Shown: positions 19,268 to 28,919 of the stretch, piece by piece
Position numbering within the stretch: the stretch's first letter is position 1
How the letters are laid out: the number at the start of each line of letters is the position of its first letter
Assembly (NCBI GenBank): GCA_965222715.1
Contig: OZ244961.1
Span: 268,609 to 332,608 of the forward strand
From: Minisyncoccota bacterium
GTDB taxonomy: Bacteria > Patescibacteriota > Minisyncoccia > Phycocordibacterales > JABMNX01
Direction of reading: 5' to 3'
DNA: 64,000 bases
Notes under the pieces: model-generated
Databases searched by the model: none
Told to the model about the DNA's origin: nothing
The model's input: the letters and a program-made list of their open reading frames with translations, nothing else
Program-made: the position numbers and the translations under genes

Positions 19268-19993
19268 GTGACACATAGCGTCCTGTTTTACACTGAACCG
19301 CTCGTTTGTATGCACGAGCTGCGTCAACGAGCACAACACATCATCGAAGGCTCAGCCCTCATCAATGAATGCGCAGAAGGCAACAAGAAAGCCGTCGGTG
19401 CACTCTTTGTTGGCTTTTGGCCCTTTGTGAGAACATTTGGGACCAAAATTGATCAACAGAAACTTCCTCTTCGCCCTCTTGCTGAACTCTTTGGTAAGGA
19501 AAGGGTACGCGATTACTTCGCTCAAGTGGCGCCGATCGTGGAAAGTATGGCAAAAGAAGAAGGTGATCATGCCGAAATCTGGTTTGGTGACTCAGAGGGT
19601 ATCGGCATCGGTCTCACCCACCAAGAAAGCCCTTTTGCCGGCATCCGTGAACTGACTGAGATGGCTGAAGATAAAGACATGGTCGCTTTCTTTGGCCATC
19701 TTGCCGGCACTGAGTTTATTGCAGAAGAGCTGTCTCGGTTCCTCTGTGGGTCTGAGCCGTTCACCAATCTTCTCGGAGGTGCGTGGGGGTGGGGAGATGT
19801 TCACCTTGAAGAACACGACGGCCCCTCGCACCTAGAGATCGACGTTGATCTCGGATCAGCTTACGCTGTTGCCGCATGTGACAATCCGGTAAGCGTCAGG
19901 GAAAGTGCAATGGATGCACTCACCGACGCAATCGTAAGGTCGCAAAACGCTTTCAAAACTGCTGCTGATGAAATCTATGTCTCAGTGGTCTGA
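19268..19993 (+). CDS. Heme-oxygenase-like (TenA/PqqC/CADD-type) putative di-iron protein
   Basis: GTG start after AAGGAG; EEGDHAEIW, GTEFIAE and WGDVHLEEHDGPSH spacing resembles HDO metal ligands. Confidence 0.6.
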   Translation: MTHSVLFYTEPLVCMHELRQRAQHIIEGSALINECAEGNKKAVGALFVGFWPFVRTFGTKIDQQKLPLRPLAELFGKERVRDYFAQVAPIVESMAKEEGDHAEIWFGDSEGIGIGLTHQESPFAGIRELTEMAEDKDMVAFFGHLAGTEFIAEELSRFLCGSEPFTNLLGGAWGWGDVHLEEHDGPSHLEIDVDLGSAYAVAACDNPVSVRESAMDALTDAIVRSQNAFKTAADEIYVSVV

Positions 19994-19998
19994 TTCGC

Positions 19999-20043
19999 AC
20001 GACTGAAGTATGTTTTACCAACTGCTTCAGTCGTTTTTCTTTT
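19999..20043 (+). terminator. Intrinsic terminator
   Basis: acgactgaag...cttcagtcgt followed by a T-tract. Confidence 0.7.
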
Positions 20044-20079
20044 TAAGACTCAGTGGTACAATTTTTATACGTATCTATT

Positions 20080-21711
20080 ATGGGAATTGCAACAGGGTTA
20101 CTTGCGATAGTCGCTTCTATTAATTTACTTTTTGCTGGTGCAATCTATATACACGGCAATAAGACAAGAGTTCTTACTTCATATATTCTTATTTCTGTTT
20201 TTGCTAGCTTGTGGTCGCTCGCGACACTCTTTACTGGTATTAACTTTAGATATGAATATAGTGCATATTTTGAATTAGCTCTTCACTTCCACTACATTTT
20301 TGGCTACTTAGCCTACCTTTCTTTTTTATGGTTTGCTATTTTTTATCCTCCATTAAATAGAAAACTTCTTTCAGCCGTCACCATCCTCACCTTTCTAACC
20401 ACAATACTGTTGTTTTTTATTCCATTTAGTAATTATTTCTATACAGAAATTAGTGGGGTAGGATCTATCGCAGACAGGGCTTTATTTAACCCAATTGGCT
20501 ATTGGTTTTTTGTCTCTGTACTCTCAATTGTCTTTATTGTTGGACTTATAGTCTTTACATATCGTTACACAAGAGCTAAAGAAAAGAACAATGCTCAAGA
20601 TTCAAAACGTATTTTATACATCACACTAGCAAATTTCTTTGCTGGAACATTTGGTATCGTTTTAAATTTAATTTTCCCAGGATTTGGAAACTTTGATTTT
20701 TTCTATATAAATCCTATTTTGGTGACTTGTGCACTTACTAGTTTTGGTCTCTATGCATTAATTAAATATCATATCTTCAACATTCGAGTTATTGTTGCTG
20801 AAGTATTTATCTTTGCTATTTGGCTAATCGAGTTTGCGCAGCTTTTGGTGAGTAGTGGGAGAGAGGAATTTATATACAACGCGGTGTTCCTACTCTCTGC
20901 AATACTATTTGGACTGTTCTTGATACGTAGTGTAGCTAAAGAAGTTGAGCAGCGTGAAAAAATTGAAAAACTTGCTCAAGATTTAGAAAAAGCAAATGAG
21001 CGACTTCGAGAACTTGATCGCCAAAAGACAGAATTTGTCTCTATTGCATCACACCAACTACGAAGTCCACTCACTGCAATTGAAGGATATGCTTCTATGC
21101 TGCTTGAAGGTTCATATGGGAAATTTCCCAAAAAGGCGCAAGAAGCATTAGAGAGAATTTTTAGGTCAAGTAGACTCATGGCTTCTTCGGTTGAAGATTT
21201 CCTTAACGTCTCACGTATTGAACAGGGAAGAATGCAATACAACAAAGCAGATACTGACATTGCTAACCTCGCGCGTACGGTTGTAGAAGAGTTAGAACCA
21301 GTTGCGCAAGAAAAAGGTCTTTCTTTAACGTTCTCTACTGACAATAATCCGTCGCATATCGCCTCTGTTGATTTTGGAAAAATGAAACAAGTGTTTAGTA
21401 ACCTTATAGATAACGCAATAAAATATACTGAAAACGGTAGTGTGACAGTATCAGTTACAAAAAAAGATGGTAATTCTGTATTATTTTCTGTAAAAGATAG
21501 TGGTGTGGGAATATCAAAAGACACCATTAAAAAATTGTTTGATAAATTTGTTCGTGCTCGTAATGCTCACGAAGTCAATGTGTCTGGTTCAGGACTTGGT
21601 CTTTACGTTGCTAAGCAAATGGTAGAAGCTCATGGTGGCACAATCTGGGCAGAATCTAGTGGAGAGGGGAAAGGATCAACCTTTTTTGTTGAGCTTAAAT
21701 CTACACAATAA
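20080..21711 (+). CDS. Multi-TM sensor histidine kinase (orphan)
   Basis: About 8 TM helices, H-box IASHQLRSP, N-box NLIDNAIKY, DSGVG, GSGLGL, GKGSTF. Confidence 0.92.
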   Translation: MGIATGLLAIVASINLLFAGAIYIHGNKTRVLTSYILISVFASLWSLATLFTGINFRYEYSAYFELALHFHYIFGYLAYLSFLWFAIFYPPLNRKLLSAVTILTFLTTILLFFIPFSNYFYTEISGVGSIADRALFNPIGYWFFVSVLSIVFIVGLIVFTYRYTRAKEKNNAQDSKRILYITLANFFAGTFGIVLNLIFPGFGNFDFFYINPILVTCALTSFGLYALIKYHIFNIRVIVAEVFIFAIWLIEFAQLLVSSGREEFIYNAVFLLSAILFGLFLIRSVAKEVEQREKIEKLAQDLEKANERLRELDRQKTEFVSIASHQLRSPLTAIEGYASMLLEGSYGKFPKKAQEALERIFRSSRLMASSVEDFLNVSRIEQGRMQYNKADTDIANLARTVVEELEPVAQEKGLSLTFSTDNNPSHIASVDFGKMKQVFSNLIDNAIKYTENGSVTVSVTKKDGNSVLFSVKDSGVGISKDTIKKLFDKFVRARNAHEVNVSGSGLGLYVAKQMVEAHGGTIWAESSGEGKGSTFFVELKSTQ

Positions 21712-21752
21712 GTCCTTTCTAAAAGCCCTATATTTTGCTACTATTTCGGGAT

Positions 21753-22703
21753 ATGGGTGAGAAAAAAGTCCTTGTTTCAGGCATAAAACCAACAGGAGAA
21801 CTCCATATCGGTAACTATTTTGGCGCTATGCGCCAATTTATTGATTTCCAAGAAAAACATGAAAGCTTTATTTTTATAGCTGACTACCACGCTCTTACCA
21901 CAGCTCATGATTCAGAACGTCTTAAAGAAAATATCTATAAACTAGTTGCTGGATATATTGCGATAGGACTCGATCCAAAAAAACTTACTTTGTTTAAACA
22001 GTCTGATGTAGCAGAACACACGGAACTCTCGTGGATATTTAACTCAATCACAACAATGCCGTATCTTATGCGTGCACATGCGTTTAAAGATGCAGAAGCT
22101 AAAAGTAAAGAAATAACTGTCGGAACATTTGATTACCCAATGCTTATGGCTGCCGACATCCTTTTATATAACGCTGATGTTGTTCCGGTGGGGAAAGATC
22201 AAAAACAACATATTGAAATGACTCGGGATACTGCACAGAAATTTAATAGCCTATATGGCGAGACATTTAAACTACCGAAAGAAATAATTCTTGAGGAGGT
22301 AGCAACTGTACCTGGAATTGATGGGCAAAAAATGAGTAAGAGTTACCACAACACTGTTCCACTTTTTGGAACAAAAGATGAGATATCAAAAACAGTTATG
22401 TCTATTGTGACTGACTCCGAGGGTTCTCGTCCAGAAAATGTGTACGCCATACATAAACTTTTCACACCAGAAGAAGATCTCAAAGTCCTGTACACAGAAA
22501 AAGAAGGAAATTACAAAGCATTAAAGGAGGCACTTATAGAAGACATTGAAGTAGTAGTCGGGCCTATGCGTGAAGTCTATCAATCACTTCTTAATGATAA
22601 AGAAAAAATAAAAACGATACTTACAGATGGTGCTACCAAAGCACGACCTATCGCTGAAGCAAAAATGAAAGAGGTGCGAGAAAAGGTAGGAGTATCACTA
22701 TAA
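21753..22703 (+). CDS. trpS: Tryptophan--tRNA ligase
   Basis: SGIKPTGELHIGNY, YPMLMAADIL, VPVGKDQKQH, KMSKS. Confidence 0.97.
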   Translation: MGEKKVLVSGIKPTGELHIGNYFGAMRQFIDFQEKHESFIFIADYHALTTAHDSERLKENIYKLVAGYIAIGLDPKKLTLFKQSDVAEHTELSWIFNSITTMPYLMRAHAFKDAEAKSKEITVGTFDYPMLMAADILLYNADVVPVGKDQKQHIEMTRDTAQKFNSLYGETFKLPKEIILEEVATVPGIDGQKMSKSYHNTVPLFGTKDEISKTVMSIVTDSEGSRPENVYAIHKLFTPEEDLKVLYTEKEGNYKALKEALIEDIEVVVGPMREVYQSLLNDKEKIKTILTDGATKARPIAEAKMKEVREKVGVSL

Positions 22704-22707
22704 ACAT

Positions 22708-24036
22708 ATGGAACGAGTATATATACAAGACTTACAAAATCATATCGGCAAAAAAGTCCTTATTTCAGGGTGGGTAGATGTAGCACGTGACCAAGGTAAA
22801 ATGGCATTTTTTGATTTTAGAGACATGAGTGGTTTTGTGCAGGGAGTTGTTTTTGGAAAACCAGACGTCCTTGAAGTTGCAAAAGAACTTCGACCTGAAT
22901 GGGTTGTTGCAGTTGTTGGTGTAGTAAACGAACGCCCTGAGAAAATGGTCAATACAGATGTGGCAAATGGGAATATTGAGCTTGAGATACAGAGTATAAA
23001 GGTGTTAAACAAGGCGCATGAAATGCCGTTTGATAAAGACATTGAACTTAATATTGATACGTATCTTGATCACATGCCACTAACGCTTCGCAGTAAACGA
23101 AGTAGAGCTATTTTTAAAGTGCAGTCAGAAATTGTAACTGCGTATCGAGAAGCATTGCGTAAAGAAAATTTCTCAGAATTCCAGTCTCCAAAGCTTGTTG
23201 GTGCAGATGCTGAGGGAGGGGCAAATGTTTTTAAGGTTGAATACTTTTATGACCAAGACGCATACCTTGCAACAAGTCCACAATTTTATAAACAAATTAT
23301 GGTTGGTGCTCTTGAACGAGTATTTTCAGTAGGAAACGTTTTTCGAGCAGAAAAACACAGCACTACGCGACATCTTAATGAGTATACGAGTCTTGACGCT
23401 GAGTTTGGTTTTATACAGGATCATCATGATGTCATGCGGGTACTTACGCGAGTCATGGAACACATTACTACACACCTTCAAACACACTGTAAAGAAGAAT
23501 TTGCAATGCTTGACGCTGTGCTACCTAAACTTCCCAAAGAGATTCCATCAGTGAAATTACGAGAAGCACAACAGCTTATCAGTAATGAAACAGGTGAAGA
23601 TTGTGTTGGTGAACCTGATCTTGAGCCAGCGCATGAAAGGTGGCTGTGTGAATATGCCCGTGAAAAACTTGATTCTGATTTTATCTTCATTACCCACTAT
23701 CCAGTAGAAAAACGACCGTTTTATACACATGAAGATGAGAATGACCCAGGGTTCACTAAAAGCTTTGATCTACTCTTTAGGGGTGTTGAAATTACTACTG
23801 GTGGGCAGCGCGTCGATTCATACGATCGCATGATAGAAAATATAAAAAAGAAGGGATTAGAACCAGAGAACTTCACTTTCTACCTTGAAGCATTTAAATA
23901 TGGCATGCCTCCACACGGAGGGTGGGGTATGGGGCTTGAGCGTCTCACTCAGAAATTCCTTAATCTCCAGAGCGTGAAAGAGGCAACGCTTTTCCCGCGG
24001 GAAATGAATCGCATCGACACATTACTTTCAGAATAA
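22708..24036 (+). CDS. aspS: Aspartate--tRNA ligase, archaeal/non-discriminating short type
   Basis: OB-fold N-terminus, AEGGANVF, LATSPQFYKQ, FRAEKH, GMPPHGGWGMGLER; no GAD insert. Confidence 0.9.
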   Translation: MERVYIQDLQNHIGKKVLISGWVDVARDQGKMAFFDFRDMSGFVQGVVFGKPDVLEVAKELRPEWVVAVVGVVNERPEKMVNTDVANGNIELEIQSIKVLNKAHEMPFDKDIELNIDTYLDHMPLTLRSKRSRAIFKVQSEIVTAYREALRKENFSEFQSPKLVGADAEGGANVFKVEYFYDQDAYLATSPQFYKQIMVGALERVFSVGNVFRAEKHSTTRHLNEYTSLDAEFGFIQDHHDVMRVLTRVMEHITTHLQTHCKEEFAMLDAVLPKLPKEIPSVKLREAQQLISNETGEDCVGEPDLEPAHERWLCEYAREKLDSDFIFITHYPVEKRPFYTHEDENDPGFTKSFDLLFRGVEITTGGQRVDSYDRMIENIKKKGLEPENFTFYLEAFKYGMPPHGGWGMGLERLTQKFLNLQSVKEATLFPREMNRIDTLLSE

Positions 24037-24058
24037 TACCTAAAGCAATTGATTACAT

Positions 24059-25450
24059 ATGAATATAACAACAGAGACAAAGAAAGCATCAGTGCGACCA
24101 AAAGGGGTAGTTCGAGTAACGATAAGTGAGAAAGGTCAGACAAAGTTTATTGAACATAATGATACGACTGAACTTCGTATTAAAGCTGGAAATATAAAAA
24201 AAGATGATCGAAGAAAATTTATTAAGGTAGTTAGAAAAGTTATCAGAACAGCTCAACAGTATCATTGTGAAAAAATTGCAATTGATATTGATGAGTTTCA
24301 AAAATTTACTGCAAGTAGTGGACATGATCTTGGTTCACTTATTGCACAAAACTTTATTATGGCTGGATATGAATTTCGTTCATTCAAGAAAGAGCCTAAA
24401 AATGGTTGGAGGGATGTAGAGGAGGTGTACATAACCAATGTCTCTCAAAAAACAATACGAGAAGGTGTATTAGAAGGTAGCCTCGTTGGTGAGATGGTTA
24501 ATGAATGTCGTACGATATCAAACACACCAGGGGGTGATATGACGCCACAGCTTTTACTTTCTCATGCACGACGCCTTGCAAAGGGGACAAACGCAAAGGT
24601 TTCATCTCTGGGGAGGAGAGAAATGGAGCGATTAAAGATGGGATCAATCCTTGGAGTATCAAAAGGTTCACCAGAAGAGCCAAAATTTATCATCATGGAG
24701 TACTTGGGTGGTAAAAAAGGTGAACGTCCTGTGGTGCTCGTTGGTAAAGGAGTGACATTTGACACAGGAGGGATTAACCTCAAACCCTCAAACGCTATAT
24801 TGGGTATGCACCTTGATATGTCTGGAGGTGCAGCGGTACTTGCGTCAGTGGCACTTGCAGCAAAACTGAAGATAAAAAAGAATGTCATTGCGCTCGTACC
24901 CTCTGTAGAGAATGCAATTTCAGGAAGTAGTCTTCGTCCAGGCGATGTGCTTACGTCAATGTCGGGTAAAACCATTGAGGTTGTTGATACTGATGCTGAA
25001 GGGCGTCTTGTACTTGCTGACGCACTTACGTATGCAGAGCGCTACACTCCAAAATCAGTAGTTACTGTAGCAACACTTACCGGCGCAGCTCTTGTTGCTC
25101 TTGGTGATAGAGCTTCAGCTTTAATGACACGTGATGAAAAATTACAACATCGCCTTATGGAAGTAGCTGAGGAGACAGGAGATTATCTTTGGCCATTACC
25201 ACTTTGGGAAGAGTATGAAGAAGATTTAAAAGGAAATAACATCGCAGATGTTGCAAATCTTTCTACCAGAAATGCTCGTTACGGAGGTTCTATTATGGGA
25301 GGTATATTTTTACAGCAATTTGCAAAAAAATATCCATTTGCCCACATTGACATGGCACCACGCATGACAACAATTCCAAGCGATAATCTTTCTTCTGGTG
25401 CTGCTGGAGAACCAGTTCGGCTACTCACACAGTTTATTAAACAGTCGTAA
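24059..25450 (+). CDS. pepA: Leucyl aminopeptidase, M17 family
   Basis: GKGVTFDTGG, DMSG, DTDAEGRL, ATLTGA. Confidence 0.92.
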   Translation: MNITTETKKASVRPKGVVRVTISEKGQTKFIEHNDTTELRIKAGNIKKDDRRKFIKVVRKVIRTAQQYHCEKIAIDIDEFQKFTASSGHDLGSLIAQNFIMAGYEFRSFKKEPKNGWRDVEEVYITNVSQKTIREGVLEGSLVGEMVNECRTISNTPGGDMTPQLLLSHARRLAKGTNAKVSSLGRREMERLKMGSILGVSKGSPEEPKFIIMEYLGGKKGERPVVLVGKGVTFDTGGINLKPSNAILGMHLDMSGGAAVLASVALAAKLKIKKNVIALVPSVENAISGSSLRPGDVLTSMSGKTIEVVDTDAEGRLVLADALTYAERYTPKSVVTVATLTGAALVALGDRASALMTRDEKLQHRLMEVAEETGDYLWPLPLWEEYEEDLKGNNIADVANLSTRNARYGGSIMGGIFLQQFAKKYPFAHIDMAPRMTTIPSDNLSSGAAGEPVRLLTQFIKQS

Positions 25451-25454
25451 CATC

Positions 25455-26186
25455 ATGAGTGACGAGTTTAAAGTACGTGTAGAAGGATTTGAAGGACCTC
25501 TTGAACTGCTTTTATCATTAATTGAGAAACGAAAACTTCCTATTAATGATATATCTTTAGCGCAAGTCACTGATGACTATATTAGTCATATTGAGAACCA
25601 AGACGAATTTCCGCTTTCTCAAACATCTCATTTTATACTCGTTGCTTCAACACTCCTCTTAATAAAATCTAAGTCGCTTCTTCCTAATCTCTCTTTAACC
25701 GAAGAGGAGGAGGATGATATTGAGAACTTAGAACGACGCTTAAAAATGTATAAGCGTGTAAAAGAGCTCTCTACACATGTAAAGGATCGTTACGGTACCC
25801 AAATACTTTTTAGTCAAAGTGAACAAAAGTATCAAGACCCTGTATTTTCTCCCTCAAAAGATACCAGTATCTCAACACTAAGCGCCGCTATTGCTGGAGT
25901 ACTAAAAAGCTTGCCGAAGGTTGATATTACCCCACAAGCTATTGTTGAGAAGGTGATTAGTTTAGAAGAAATGATAGAAAACCTCACTGAAAGAATCACT
26001 AAAAATATAAAAATGAATTTTTCTGAATTTTCTAGCGCACAAAAAGGAAAGAAAGTTGAGGTTATTGTGGGTTTCTTAGCAATGCTTGAGCTTGTTAAAC
26101 AAGGTATAATCAATGTATCTCAAGATAGATTATTTGATGATATTACTATGGAAAGCGATAATGTCAGTACTCCTCAATATGAGTAA
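25455..26186 (+). CDS. scpA: Segregation and condensation protein A
   Basis: FEGPLELLLSLI, LLIKSKSLLP, FLAMLELVK. Confidence 0.92.
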   Translation: MSDEFKVRVEGFEGPLELLLSLIEKRKLPINDISLAQVTDDYISHIENQDEFPLSQTSHFILVASTLLLIKSKSLLPNLSLTEEEEDDIENLERRLKMYKRVKELSTHVKDRYGTQILFSQSEQKYQDPVFSPSKDTSISTLSAAIAGVLKSLPKVDITPQAIVEKVISLEEMIENLTERITKNIKMNFSEFSSAQKGKKVEVIVGFLAMLELVKQGIINVSQDRLFDDITMESDNVSTPQYE

Positions 26187-26196
26187 ATAATACAGT

Positions 26197-26757
26197 ATGA
26201 CCATCAGTACAGAAAAACAGATTGAGGCATTACTTTTCTTTAAAAATGAGCCAGTAGACAAAAAGTGGCTCAAGACAACACTTAACAAAAGTGACGCTGA
26301 AATAGAGGAGGGGATTCGTGCTCTCAAGGAGTCTCTTTTTGATAGAGGTATTGTACTAGTAGAAAAAGATAGTGATGTCGCTTTACGCACAGCACCCGAG
26401 TGCTCTTCACTTATTGAATCACTGCAAAAAGAAGAACTCTCAAAAGACTTAGGTAAAGCTGGTTTAGAGACATTATCAATTGTGTTATATCACGGCCCAG
26501 TCACTCGTGCTGAAATTGATTACATTCGAGGGGTAAACTCAACCTTTATTTTACGAAGCCTTTTGGTTCGTGGTTTGGTAGAAAAAATACCAAACCCTGA
26601 TGATTCACGAAGTTTCTTGTATCGCCCCACATTTGACCTTTTGTCATTCTTAGGCATTTCTACTATTAGTGAGCTCCCTGAATATCAGCAGGTTCAAGAT
26701 GAAATAGAATCATTTAAATCACAAAGAGAAGCTAGTGATGGGAAAGAAGGTGTGTAA
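26197..26757 (+). CDS. scpB: Segregation and condensation protein B
   Basis: IEALLF, LETLSIVLY.GPVTRAEIDYIRGVNS. Confidence 0.93.
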   Translation: MTISTEKQIEALLFFKNEPVDKKWLKTTLNKSDAEIEEGIRALKESLFDRGIVLVEKDSDVALRTAPECSSLIESLQKEELSKDLGKAGLETLSIVLYHGPVTRAEIDYIRGVNSTFILRSLLVRGLVEKIPNPDDSRSFLYRPTFDLLSFLGISTISELPEYQQVQDEIESFKSQREASDGKEGV

Positions 26758-26769
26758 CAATATTGGTTT

Positions 26770-27765
26770 ATGGAGACTCAAGAGCAAGATAGAAAAGATA
26801 TACCTAAGGTAGACAACAGTGAGGTTGAAGAAGTAGATTTCTTCAAGTCTTCTTTTGTCCGGATTAGTGCACTCGCCCTACTACTTATGGGGAGTACATT
26901 TCTCTTTAACTTACATGTTCTTAATACCGAAAAAAACGTCTCACTTGAGACCAGTGGTGTAAATACAGTAGAGACTCGACCTTTTGACACTCTCTTGCTT
27001 GAGGCAAACGCTGTGTATGTTTACGACGTAACAACAGGAGAAGTGCTTTTTTCAAAAAATCCTTACGCGCAGTTACCACTAGCTTCACTTACAAAAGTAA
27101 TGACCGCACTCGTTGCATCAGAACAAATTACTGAGGATGCCACAATTACTATTACTCCAGAAGCAATTAAGGTTAATGGAGACCATGGATTAAAAGAGGG
27201 TGAGCGATGGCGTTTTAAAGATTTATTAGACTATACGTTAGTTGTTTCTTCAAATGACGGTGCTCATGCTATTGCTGGTGTTGCTGGTTCTCTCAATGCG
27301 CTCGATGGTTCACATTACGAGAATTTTAACCATGCCATGAATAGTGCTGCACAAAAAATTGGACTAACACAAACATATTTTCTTAATGAAAGCGGGCTCG
27401 ATACAAGTAGCTCAGTAAGTGGTGGGTATGGTTCAGCGCAGGATGTTGCACGGCTTCTTTCTTTTGTTATTACTGAAAGGCCACACCTTCTTGAGGCGAC
27501 CACTTATGATACTCTTGAATTTACCTCAGAAGATCAATTTATTTATAATGCTACTAATACCAACTCAGTTATTGGTGCTATTCCAGGCCTCATTGCGTCC
27601 AAAACCGGCTTTACGGACCTTGCTGGGGGAAATCTTGCAATAGCCTTCAATGTTGGCCTTGGTCGTCCTGTGGTTGCGGTTGTTCTTGGATCAACATACG
27701 ATGGTCGCTTTCAAGATATGCAACAAATTGTTGCAGCAACCCTTACCACAGTAACGCAACGCTAA
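26770..27765 (+). CDS. D-alanyl-D-alanine carboxypeptidase, S11 family
   Basis: N-terminal TM; SLTK (SxxK), SSN (SxN) and KTG motifs. Confidence 0.88.
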   Translation: METQEQDRKDIPKVDNSEVEEVDFFKSSFVRISALALLLMGSTFLFNLHVLNTEKNVSLETSGVNTVETRPFDTLLLEANAVYVYDVTTGEVLFSKNPYAQLPLASLTKVMTALVASEQITEDATITITPEAIKVNGDHGLKEGERWRFKDLLDYTLVVSSNDGAHAIAGVAGSLNALDGSHYENFNHAMNSAAQKIGLTQTYFLNESGLDTSSSVSGGYGSAQDVARLLSFVITERPHLLEATTYDTLEFTSEDQFIYNATNTNSVIGAIPGLIASKTGFTDLAGGNLAIAFNVGLGRPVVAVVLGSTYDGRFQDMQQIVAATLTTVTQR

Positions 27766-28844
27766 TGATTATTCTCGATATAGTAAAAATTATTGTTCCT
27801 TCAGCGCTTGCTTTTTTTATTGGTATTTTAATTACGCCAATTATTACCCACTATCTCTACAAGTATAAAGTCTGGAAGAAAAAATCAGGCAAAGGTGTTG
27901 GGTACGGAGGAGGTGAGACACCAATATTTGATGAACTACATAAGGAGAGCGATACCGGTACACCACGCATGGGCGGCATTGTTGTGTGGGGAAGCGTACT
28001 TCTTACTATAGTGGGTATCTGGGGGTTAAGTATGCTGCTCGACAGCCAGACCTTTGATAAGCTCAATTTCTTGAGTCGTAGTCAGACATGGCTTCCATTT
28101 TTTGCACTTATGGTCGGTGCAGTTGTTGGGTTTATTGATGACCTGTTCGTTGTCCGCGGCACTGGTACTCATTTTGCAGGCGGACTTCCGCTTACACATC
28201 GGTTACTTACGGTTGGTGCAGTGGCCCTCTTCACTGCATGGTGGTTCTATGAAAAGCTACAAATTAGCACAGTCCACATTCCTTTTAATGGGCCACTTGA
28301 ACTAGGTATCTTTTTTATTCCTATTTTTATTCTGGTTGCTCTTGCTATTTACGCCAGTAGCGTCATTGATGGTATTGATGGGCTTTCGGGAGGTGTGTTT
28401 GCTTCTATTTTTGCCGCGTATGCAGGTATCGCATTTTATCAACAGCAAATTGATCTTGCGGCACTCTCAGCAACTATTGTTGGCGCGCTTCTTGCATTCC
28501 TCTGGTTTAACATTCCACCAGCACGATTTTATATGACTGAAACAGGTGTTATGGGTCTTACCATGGCGCTTACCGTCATTGCTTTCATGACTGACTCACT
28601 AGGTGAGGGAAGTGGAGTGTTTGTACTTCCGATCGTTGGCTTCTTACTAGTAGTAACGGTTGTTTCAAATATTATTCAAGTTGCTTCAAAGAAACTTCGT
28701 AATGGTAAGAAAGTATTTCTTGTAGCACCACTTCATCACCACTTTGAAGCGTTAGGTTGGCCAGGGTACAAGGTAACTATGCGTTACTGGGTACTTAGCG
28801 TTATTTTTGCAGTTATCGGTATTGTTATTGCACTACTTGGGTAA
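27765..28844 (+). CDS. mraY: Phospho-N-acetylmuramoyl-pentapeptide transferase
   Basis: TPRMGG, GFIDD, DGIDGL, APLHHHFE. Confidence 0.93.
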   Translation: MIILDIVKIIVPSALAFFIGILITPIITHYLYKYKVWKKKSGKGVGYGGGETPIFDELHKESDTGTPRMGGIVVWGSVLLTIVGIWGLSMLLDSQTFDKLNFLSRSQTWLPFFALMVGAVVGFIDDLFVVRGTGTHFAGGLPLTHRLLTVGAVALFTAWWFYEKLQISTVHIPFNGPLELGIFFIPIFILVALAIYASSVIDGIDGLSGGVFASIFAAYAGIAFYQQQIDLAALSATIVGALLAFLWFNIPPARFYMTETGVMGLTMALTVIAFMTDSLGEGSGVFVLPIVGFLLVVTVVSNIIQVASKKLRNGKKVFLVAPLHHHFEALGWPGYKVTMRYWVLSVIFAVIGIVIALLG

Positions 28845-28919
28845 AGCGCTTGGATATATCAAAAGATAAGTTAGAAAATTAACAAAAAGCATCATATATC
28901 TTTTGCTATACTAAGAAGG

